A stretch of 64,000 nt of DNA from NCBI GenBank assembly GCA_022819945.1, contig JAJEGI010000103.1, positions 41,821 to 105,820 on the forward strand. The letters are read 5' to 3'. Positions 10,055 through 17,484 of the stretch are shown here, in pieces (position 1 is the stretch's first letter; the number at the start of each line of letters is the position of its first letter). The stretch is from Candidatus Poribacteria bacterium (GTDB taxonomy: Bacteria > Poribacteria > WGA-4E > WGA-3G). Made by a program: the position numbers and the translations under genes. The notes beneath the pieces are model-generated. The model worked only from the letters and a program-made list of their open reading frames with translations. It ran no database searches and had not been told where the DNA came from.

Positions 10055-11073
10055 TGAAGGTCTCCATGAAAAAAAGTATCATACACTTTATTGTGCCTAT
10101 AATTGCGATATGTATCACGATCCAATCTGTAGATGCGAAATACACTGCGGACTTCTTGACGCTTGGGGTCGGTGCCCGTGCCCTTGCTATGGGCGGTGCA
10201 GGGACTGCGCTCAGCGATAACGCTTACGCGTCTTATTGGAATCCTGCGGGGTTGGGACACCTCACGCGATATGAAGTCAGTTTCATGCATTCCACACTCA
10301 ATGGACAAGATGCTTATGATTATGTAGGTTATATCCATCCCCTCAAAGATCGGGGCGCGATTAGTGTCAGTTGGCTACGCGTCGGCGTTGACGATATTCC
10401 TATCACGAGTTTACCGGTAGCCAGCCGTCCTGTGGGACCGACGAACCGTCCAAAAGTGGTCGGGACCTTCAACAGTACGGATAACGCGTTCCTCTTGGCA
10501 TCTGGTTGGGCACTCCCTTCTTTCCACGGTATTGATCTCCGACTCGGCGGCACGCTCAAACTTCTCTACATGAGCGGATATCGAAATACAAACGCCATCG
10601 GCGGCGGTGCGGACATCGGTTTCGTCGCTACCACAAACCCAGAAAAACCGCACGGGTTGACACTCGGATTACAAGCAAGCGACGCTTTTCGGACGAAACT
10701 CTATTGGAACACGCCACCGCCATCAGAAGACCAAACCCCGCACACTGAAACGATACCGCCACATCTCAAGATCGGTATTGCAACGACACACGCACTCCCT
10801 ATCTTCCGAAGCACACTCGTTTTTGCCTTGGATTCCTATATCAAAGATGGAGTTGAGTTACATGCGGGTGCCGAGTGGACGCTCTTTGATTTGCTCTCGT
10901 TGCGCATCGGTTTTGATGAACGTAAAGGGATCGAGCGGATTCGACGTTTGACAGCCGGTGTCGGATTGAACCTACAGTTTGTTACGGGTGCGGGTGCGGG
11001 ATTAGACTATGCGTTTGCGAACCACCCCGCATTAGGCGGCAACCACCGCATGTCTCTCAGGATTAGGTTTTAG
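10054..11073 (+). CDS. PorV/PorQ-like outer-membrane beta-barrel protein
   Basis: Signal peptide. GVGARALAMGGAGTALSD..YWNPAGL motif, alternating beta-strand pattern and terminal F. The start overlaps the upstream stop (TAATGA). Confidence 0.65.
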   Translation: MKVSMKKSIIHFIVPIIAICITIQSVDAKYTADFLTLGVGARALAMGGAGTALSDNAYASYWNPAGLGHLTRYEVSFMHSTLNGQDAYDYVGYIHPLKDRGAISVSWLRVGVDDIPITSLPVASRPVGPTNRPKVVGTFNSTDNAFLLASGWALPSFHGIDLRLGGTLKLLYMSGYRNTNAIGGGADIGFVATTNPEKPHGLTLGLQASDAFRTKLYWNTPPPSEDQTPHTETIPPHLKIGIATTHALPIFRSTLVFALDSYIKDGVELHAGAEWTLFDLLSLRIGFDERKGIERIRRLTAGVGLNLQFVTGAGAGLDYAFANHPALGGNHRMSLRIRF

Positions 11074-11119
11074 GTGGCTTTCAGCCATCGCCGGTCATTC
11101 GCGGCGGTGTGGAGAACAC

Positions 11120-14100
11120 TCATTCCGAAGGCGAAGTTTTGAGGATTTCCTCCCAATCCCAGACCAAAATTGTGCCATCCTGCCCGGCACTGACGAGTGT
11201 TTTTCCATCAGGTGAAAAGACCAACGTCTCTACTATTGAGGTGTGTCCATTGAGGGTGGTAATTTTTCCCCCTATTGTCATATCAAACAATTCGATGCTA
11301 CCGTTTCTCATTCCTGCCAAGAGAACAGTGTCATCAGGTGAAAACGCTAACGATTTGGTGCCGCGTGGAACATCTTTAAGACTGGGCTGTTTACTACTAC
11401 CCAACAAACGAATTTTTTGTTCGCTTCCGACAGCGAGCATTGCGCCATCTGAAGAGTATGTGAGCGTTGTAATAGTATCTCGATAGTTAATGCTCGTTTT
11501 ATTCGGTTCTCTTTGTCCAGCGAGGAGGGGAGCTAACGCAACTCCGGTTTCTGCGTCCCACATCTGAACCTTTCCATCCATGGTGCCACTGACGAGTTTT
11601 TTACCATCAGGCGAGAATACAAGAGCACTGGGTTGAGACCTGTGGAGAAGCATCGCGCCTGGTGGAGGTATCAAGTCGCCATTTCCATTCGGATTGTGTT
11701 CATCTAAGAGAGGTATGTCAAAGCTGGTGCCAGTCTCAGTATTCCATAAATGAATTTTACCCTGCCTCCCGAAAGCCACCGTTTTTCCATCAGGCGAAAA
11801 AGCTATGTTTGAACCTGGATAAGTTCCAGCATTCCTCTTATCTAATGTTGCCAACTCACGTCCTGTCGTCACATCCGTCAGCCGAACTATATGATCTGAC
11901 AACCATACAGAGGGGGTTATGACTGACCCAGCTTTGAGGAACATAGACGCTTTTGCGCCGATACTGACGAGCTGAGTTCCGCCGGGTGAAAACGCCAAAG
12001 TCGGTAAGAAATCCCGATGCCCTGTCATCTGAAGATCGGTTTTTTGTGATGTTTCCAAATTCCAAATGGTAATTATCCCGTTAAAAGCGACACTCGCGAG
12101 CGTGGAACTACCTTTAATGAAAGACACAGCTTTCACCCATTCCGTGTGTTCTGTAATATTAATGGGTAGTAAATCTCCTGTTTCTGTATTCCAGAACCGA
12201 ATGGTGCCATCAATGCTGCCGCTTGCGAGTGTTTTTCCATCAGGTGAAAACGATAGCGCAGCAATATCGTTTAGATGTCCAGTGAGCGTCGTGATCAGTT
12301 CCCCCGTGTCGGTATCCCACAAATGCACCGTTTTATCAGTGCTGCCGCTTGCGAGCCTTTTCCCGTTTGGAGAAAATGCTAAAATGCTTATCCAGCCTGT
12401 GTGTTTTCGGAGGATAATCAATTCGGTGCCGGTGGTAGTATTCCATAATCGCACCGTTTTATCCTTACTTCCACTGGCAAGTCGCTTGCCGTCCGGAGAG
12501 AATGCTAAGGCTATAACATGACTGCTTTTGCCTTGTAAAACCTTCGTTTCCACTTGTATAGCAGGACTCTTTTTCATCTGTAAAGGGCGGAGACCCTTCA
12601 TTTGAACCTTTTCCTTCTTATCTGTTTCTACTGCCGGCGGCAGCGGTGGAAATGCTTGAACTTGCTCTACTTTTCCTATGAGAGTAGATAGTTTTTTACC
12701 AGTCCTTGTGTCCCACAACTCAATTTCCCCATCCTCCCCGCCAACCGCAAATTTGTCGTATGTCAGGGCGTATGCTTCAGGCATAGGTCTCGATTTTATC
12801 ACTTCCCAAGATCGTTCCTTAATATTTTTGACACTTCCCTGTCTGTTTTCGATGTTTAACCTGCAGATTGAATCTGCCCAGTTTCCTAAAGTGACAAGCG
12901 TTTTCCCGTCTTCAGAGAATCGCAACACTGATGCCGAACGAGGACCATCAATAAGTGCGACTTTCTGACCGGTGGCAATCTCCCACAATTGAAATCCCTC
13001 ATGAAACTTATATTTTCCACCGCTACTTGCAATGAAGCGTCCATCCGGTGAAAATGCGATGGACTGACATATACCGGGGAACATGTCAATTTCTTTTCCC
13101 GTTTCTATATCGTAAAGCCATATACCGATATTGCTTCCGACAGCGATTTGTGCGCCATCCGGCGAAAACTGCATCGCAGTAATTCCACCCTTTCCGAGCC
13201 GCGCTTTTGCTTCCTTCGGAAGATGCCATTGTGAAGGGTCTTTAACGACTTCTTCTGCGCGGGCTTCTGCAACGAGTGCTGAGGTATCATCACGTTGTTG
13301 GTTAGGCGTATTGCTTCTACCCTGAGCGTTGATGCTGCCGATCCGCGTCCGAACATCCGGTTTTGAGGAGCGATTTAGCACAAGTGGTGCGTCAATAATT
13401 TTGATTGACATCTCCGATGCGGCATCAAGACTATAGGGCTGCTGGAAACGGATGGCGTGTTGTTGATTCCCAATACCTAACATTAGGAGTACCAAGGCAA
13501 GCGTGGAAGCGGCGATTGTCCACGGCATGAAGGGCTTACCACCAGAGGGCACGGCGGGTTTAATGCGGGCAATCTCTTGCATAATATTCTCGGTGAGATT
13601 CGGCGTGATTTTGAAGTTTTCTAAAGCCTCTCTAATCATCGGTTCCTCTTTTTTCAAACGCTGCTGTGCGCGGCGGAGGCGACTCTTAATCGTGTTTTTC
13701 GATACACCTAAAAACGCGCCAATCTCTGTGCATGTCATCTCACCGAAGTAGTGCAGGGTCATGATGGTACGTTCACTGTCTTGGAGTTTCGCCAGCAATT
13801 TCTTGACGACATCGCGTTGCGCTTCTGCGGTTGTGCGCTCGTTTTCCGCAGCGACAAACGCTGAATACATCTCTTTTTGCAACTGCTCATCTTCTGTCTC
13901 CTCCAATTGCTCCAGTGGCTGCGTCCACACCCGCTTCTTACGGAGCCAAGAACTACACCGATTCGCTGCGATGACATAAAGCCAACTGTCAAAACGCTGC
14001 GGCTCTTTGAGTGTCGCCAACTTCTTGTATGCCTTCAGAAAAGTATCCTGTGTAATTTCCTCGGCAATGTGGAAGTCTCCGATTTTCCGCCATGCAAGTG

Positions 14101-14197
14101 CGTGAACCTGCTTCTGGTATTTTTTCACAAGCACGGAGAATGCATCATCATCACCTGCAAGGACGCGTTGGATGAGTTCAACATCGTCTTTTTTCAT
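11120..14197 (-). CDS. ECF sigma factor fused to a transmembrane helix and a long WD40 beta-propeller region
   Basis: N-terminal sigma-70 regions 2 and 4 (FSVLVKKYQKQV..., TIMTLHYFGEMTCTEIGAFLGVSKNTIKSRLRRA). One TM segment (WTIAASTLALVLLMLGIG). Many FSPDGK..LASGS.D.T..LW repeats. Confidence 0.9.
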   Translation of the reverse strand: MKKDDVELIQRVLAGDDDAFSVLVKKYQKQVHALAWRKIGDFHIAEEITQDTFLKAYKKLATLKEPQRFDSWLYVIAANRCSSWLRKKRVWTQPLEQLEETEDEQLQKEMYSAFVAAENERTTAEAQRDVVKKLLAKLQDSERTIMTLHYFGEMTCTEIGAFLGVSKNTIKSRLRRAQQRLKKEEPMIREALENFKITPNLTENIMQEIARIKPAVPSGGKPFMPWTIAASTLALVLLMLGIGNQQHAIRFQQPYSLDAASEMSIKIIDAPLVLNRSSKPDVRTRIGSINAQGRSNTPNQQRDDTSALVAEARAEEVVKDPSQWHLPKEAKARLGKGGITAMQFSPDGAQIAVGSNIGIWLYDIETGKEIDMFPGICQSIAFSPDGRFIASSGGKYKFHEGFQLWEIATGQKVALIDGPRSASVLRFSEDGKTLVTLGNWADSICRLNIENRQGSVKNIKERSWEVIKSRPMPEAYALTYDKFAVGGEDGEIELWDTRTGKKLSTLIGKVEQVQAFPPLPPAVETDKKEKVQMKGLRPLQMKKSPAIQVETKVLQGKSSHVIALAFSPDGKRLASGSKDKTVRLWNTTTGTELIILRKHTGWISILAFSPNGKRLASGSTDKTVHLWDTDTGELITTLTGHLNDIAALSFSPDGKTLASGSIDGTIRFWNTETGDLLPINITEHTEWVKAVSFIKGSSTLASVAFNGIITIWNLETSQKTDLQMTGHRDFLPTLAFSPGGTQLVSIGAKASMFLKAGSVITPSVWLSDHIVRLTDVTTGRELATLDKRNAGTYPGSNIAFSPDGKTVAFGRQGKIHLWNTETGTSFDIPLLDEHNPNGNGDLIPPPGAMLLHRSQPSALVFSPDGKKLVSGTMDGKVQMWDAETGVALAPLLAGQREPNKTSINYRDTITTLTYSSDGAMLAVGSEQKIRLLGSSKQPSLKDVPRGTKSLAFSPDDTVLLAGMRNGSIELFDMTIGGKITTLNGHTSIVETLVFSPDGKTLVSAGQDGTILVWDWEEILKTSPSE

Positions 14198-14247
14198 GGG
14201 TCGCCTCCAAAAAAGGGTAGTTTCCGCAATGTACTTTCATATTTGGT

Positions 14248-14275
14248 GACGCTGTTTAAGAGTGAAGCGGGTGCA
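14248..14275 (-). promoter_or_regulatory. ECF-type promoter candidate, TGCACCC-N17-CGTC (read on the minus strand)
   Basis: About 50-80 nt upstream of the 14197 start. Same architecture as the motifs at 52987 and 59385. Confidence 0.45.
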
Positions 14276-14294
14276 TAATTCTGCAAAAAGCACA

Positions 14295-14357
14295 GGAATG
14301 GAAGCATGGAAGATTGGAAGGGCGGGACCCCCAGCCTTCCCGCCTTCCAACCCCTTC
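14295..14357. repeat. GGAAGG/CCTTCC dispersed repeat forming a hairpin
   Basis: ggaatggaagcatggaagattggaagggcggga...tcccgccttccaacc. Related copies at 39701-39750, 44306-44339 and 52892-52924. Confidence 0.6.
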
Positions 14358-14362
14358 TTCTA

Positions 14363-15430
14363 TTACTCTTTGTCTTTTCGCAGAAGCACTGGAGATGTGA
14401 GGTCCCAGAGTCGGACTGTGCTGTCTTGACTACCGCTTGCGAGCGTTACACCGTTTGGACTGAACGCGACGCCCTTGATGGGTGCTGCGTGCCCTGTGAG
14501 AGTTGCGATTTGCGCACCTGTGGCAATGTTCCAGAGTCGGATCGTCTTGTCCTGACTTCCACTTGCGAGTGTTAATCCATCCGGACTGAAGGCGACACTC
14601 CACACCGTAAGCGTATGTCCAACGAAAGTTTTCAGTTGTTGTCCTGTGTTTGTATCCCAGAGTCGGATCGTGTGGTCCCAACTTCCGCTTGCGAGGGTCT
14701 GTCCGTCCGGACTGAACGTGACGCTGAAGACCCAATTCGTGTGTCCACTAAATGTTTTCAATTGCTCACCGGTGGCAATGTCCCACAAACGGATGGTATT
14801 TCCTGCATTGCCACTCGCTAACGTTTTTCCATCGCTACTGAAAGCAACACTGAAAATATTCTCGGTAGCCTCGGTAAGAGTTTTCAGTTTCCTGCCTGTC
14901 TCTACATCCCATAGATACAGATTCCCATCCTCACTGCCGCTTGCGAGTATCTTGCTATCAGGGCTGAAAGCGATCGTATTGACCCAATGCAAACCGTTTG
15001 GCGCATTTTCCTTCATGAATCTAAGGTTCTCGCCGGTGGCAGCGTCCCACAGGCAAATCACTTCACTTTCATTGATACCCCCTGCGATCATCCGTCCATC
15101 TGGACTAAATGCGACGCTGTTAATATCCGCAGTGAAGTTTCTCTGAAAAGCCACCCAGAAATTTTTCTCCATCTTTATTTCCTGTCCTGTGACAGCATCC
15201 CAAAGTCGGACGGTGTTATCCCTGTCACTTGCGACGATTGAACCGTCAGGACTGAACGCGACACTGTGGACACCTCTCCTGATGCCTAAATCAATCGTGA
15301 TGTGAGACATATCTGGGGCGGAAATTGGCTCCATAGTAGACTTCTCCTTTCGGATCGGGTTCTCAGATTTCACCGACACCATCTCAGCACCGCCTAACAT
15401 CAAAAGTGCTATCGTCACCAGCGTTCTCAT
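14363..15430 (-). CDS. secreted WD40-repeat protein
   Basis: Signal-like N-terminus MRTLVTIALLMLGG. At least seven SVAFSPDG..LASGS.D.TIRLWD repeats. Confidence 0.9.
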   Translation of the reverse strand: MRTLVTIALLMLGGAEMVSVKSENPIRKEKSTMEPISAPDMSHITIDLGIRRGVHSVAFSPDGSIVASDRDNTVRLWDAVTGQEIKMEKNFWVAFQRNFTADINSVAFSPDGRMIAGGINESEVICLWDAATGENLRFMKENAPNGLHWVNTIAFSPDSKILASGSEDGNLYLWDVETGRKLKTLTEATENIFSVAFSSDGKTLASGNAGNTIRLWDIATGEQLKTFSGHTNWVFSVTFSPDGQTLASGSWDHTIRLWDTNTGQQLKTFVGHTLTVWSVAFSPDGLTLASGSQDKTIRLWNIATGAQIATLTGHAAPIKGVAFSPNGVTLASGSQDSTVRLWDLTSPVLLRKDKE

Positions 15431-15581
15431 AAGTTACCTCCGATTCCCCATAGTGCCGTTACTTGTGGTAAAACAGTCGCGTAATTCTGCCTGTCTCCCG
15501 ATATATCAGCCACTTAGATTTTACTATAAAACCCAGATTTTGTCACTATTTGTACCAAACGTTAACGTGCCGCCATTATAG

Positions 15582-16199
15582 ATGGGATTCAGGTTAGGAG
15601 TTGGTGGGAGATTGAGTGATGGAGAACTCGTGGAAGCGTATCGAAAGGAAGACAAAAATGCGTGGGATACGCTCTGCCAGCGATATACACACGAACTTTT
15701 CGAGTTTTTCAATGGTAAGGTTAGAACCCGTGAAGATGCCAAAGACCTCACGCAGGATACGCTGATTGAGGCGATGCGTAATATCTCGCAACTTAAAAAG
15801 CCTGAAAGTTTTCGCGGGTGGCTTTACAAGATTGCACACGGCCATTTAGCGAAATATTTCAGAGACAGACGCAAGTGGTGGATTTCCGAACCTACGGATG
15901 ACGGTGTGCTGGAGACGAGAGCCTCCTACGCTGCACCAACGGATCAGCAACCCGACAATCTCGTGATTGCGCAAGAACACTTGGAGATCGTCCGGCGTTT
16001 AGGAGAGGAGCTGCCGAAATCGGAACGTGAAGTGTTCCGATTGAAATTTGCGGATCCTGAGATGCCGCAGAAAGAGATAGCGAAAATATTGGGTATCTCG
16101 GTGGATGCTGTGAAAACTCGATGGCGGCGCGGTAAGCAAACCCTCCGAAAGCAGTTGGAGGCGAAATATCCGGGTGAGTTTACTTATCTGTTTAAGTGA
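15582..16199 (+). CDS. ECF-family RNA polymerase sigma factor
   Basis: Region 2 (DLTQDTLIEAMRNI...WLYKIAHG) and region 4 (EREVFRLKF..PQKEIAKILGISVDAVKTRWRRG). The true start may lie a few codons downstream. Confidence 0.85.
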   Translation: MGFRLGVGGRLSDGELVEAYRKEDKNAWDTLCQRYTHELFEFFNGKVRTREDAKDLTQDTLIEAMRNISQLKKPESFRGWLYKIAHGHLAKYFRDRRKWWISEPTDDGVLETRASYAAPTDQQPDNLVIAQEHLEIVRRLGEELPKSEREVFRLKFADPEMPQKEIAKILGISVDAVKTRWRRGKQTLRKQLEAKYPGEFTYLFK

Positions 16200-16212
16200 G
16201 GTGTGATGGGAT

Positions 16213-16584
16213 CCGTTTCCACGCTTGCCCGAAATAGCAATGATGCCTTCTATGAGGGATTGCTATTGTCTTCTCACCCGTTTTCTTGATGGGTTCAGCG
16301 CGTGCTGAATAGGTCTTGAAAACATTTGACTGATAGGTTTTAATATGGTTATATCGTTAATTTCATCTTTGTGGCAACGATACAAGCAGTTAATACCGAT
16401 TGTCCTCCTTGTAGGTGCAGGGGTTATCGCGTGTTTCCTCCCTGAAACGCCGTCGGAACTTGTAGACACACCGAGCGAGACCGTATGTCCGTATCCGACC
16501 GATACGCAACCCTGTCCGTATCAATGGAACAGATAACCGGCGACCTTGAAGAAAGAGGATGTCCAAATAGGAAGGAGAAGGCAA
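16213..16584 (+). repeat. conserved leader, copy 1 (paralog of 19838-20167)
   Basis: Hand alignment to 19838-20167. The core (16314-16584 vs 19896-20167) aligns colinearly. Copy 1 carries an extra stretch of about 40 nt near its 5' end. Confidence 0.8.
16345..16536 (+). CDS. candidate 63-aa membrane mini-protein with C-terminal CPYPTDTQPCPYQWNR
   Basis: ATG start and one hydrophobic helix (LIPIVLLVGAGVIACFL). The same 63-codon frame is open in the paralogous copy (19927-20118), but there the first codon is AGG. Confidence 0.35.
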   Translation: MVISLISSLWQRYKQLIPIVLLVGAGVIACFLPETPSELVDTPSETVCPYPTDTQPCPYQWNR

Positions 16585-17427
16585 ATGTTGAAAGACCTTT
16601 TCAGCAACCGTCTGTTTATAGGCGCGCTGGTGTTCTTTGTGCTGATGATTGTTGGTGGCACCCTTTATCTCCACTACATCGAACGGCAAGGACAGATAGA
16701 GTTAGAACACACCCAAGAACGACTCAAGCAAAGGGAGGCAAGACAGAAGCAGACCCCGAAAGTGCCAGAAGGCGACACCTCGCAAGGTGGACACGTCCAT
16801 TCTGATGGCACGTGGCACCCAGGACTGCATGAAACAGAAGCACCTGTGGTGTCTCCGCCCGTGTCGGACACTGGTGCGGTGTCGGCATCTTCAGTGAAAA
16901 TTCCTGATGGCATCACGGACCCGGATGTTCTTGCTGCGTGGCAACAACTTGATTATATTGCGAAGAACCCGTTTCAATGGGGCGGTCGTCCTTCAGATCG
17001 CGCCTTAGAACTCATGGATGAGTTGACACCAATGTGGGTTTCGGATGATCCTCACGATCACGGTGAAGAACTGATGATGATGTTAGACATGCTGGCAGAA
17101 GAACGGGATCCGCGCTCGGCAGCACTCTTGCTGATGTATCAACTCGATTCGGGTGTTTCGGGCAGACCGGTTAAAGATGCATTGGTGGCGATGGGTCCTG
17201 CGTCTGTGCCTGCACTCATCGCCCGTCTAAACCCAGAAGATGCAGCGGAAGCTCCACTATCGACTGTTATTAAGCTATTGCCACCTATTGTGGAACAACA
17301 TCGTTCGGAATTAGGTGGCATTGTGGACTACATCCTTATTCCAAGGTTAGAGGCAATTGCTGCGGGAACTGGGTATATTGGTAATATATCCCGTGCGCGT
17401 AAAGCCCTTGAACGTCTAAAACAGTAG
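16585..17427 (+). CDS. N-terminally membrane-anchored protein with GHVHSDGTWH..HETE motif and HEAT-like C-terminus (family A of the duplicated cassette)
   Basis: ATG at 16585 follows GGAAGGAGAAGG. MLKDLFSNRLFIG plus TM matches MLKALFRNRLFFG plus TM of 20168. The ORF-track start at 16546 is probably too early. Confidence 0.7.
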   Translation: MLKDLFSNRLFIGALVFFVLMIVGGTLYLHYIERQGQIELEHTQERLKQREARQKQTPKVPEGDTSQGGHVHSDGTWHPGLHETEAPVVSPPVSDTGAVSASSVKIPDGITDPDVLAAWQQLDYIAKNPFQWGGRPSDRALELMDELTPMWVSDDPHDHGEELMMMLDMLAEERDPRSAALLLMYQLDSGVSGRPVKDALVAMGPASVPALIARLNPEDAAEAPLSTVIKLLPPIVEQHRSELGGIVDYILIPRLEAIAAGTGYIGNISRARKALERLKQ

Positions 17428-17484
17428 GAAACTCTACGGTAATAATGAGTTGGGCACTATCTACAGGTTTATAGGAGGTAATTT

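Noticed and set aside
16203-16286. Tiny ORF (VMGSVSTLARNSNDAFYEGLLLSSHPFS) overlapping the sigma stop, considered as a candidate anti-sigma factor.
   Set aside because: It is 28 codons long, with no zinc-finger or helical anti-sigma features and no TM segment. It lies partly in the stretch that is absent from the second leader copy.
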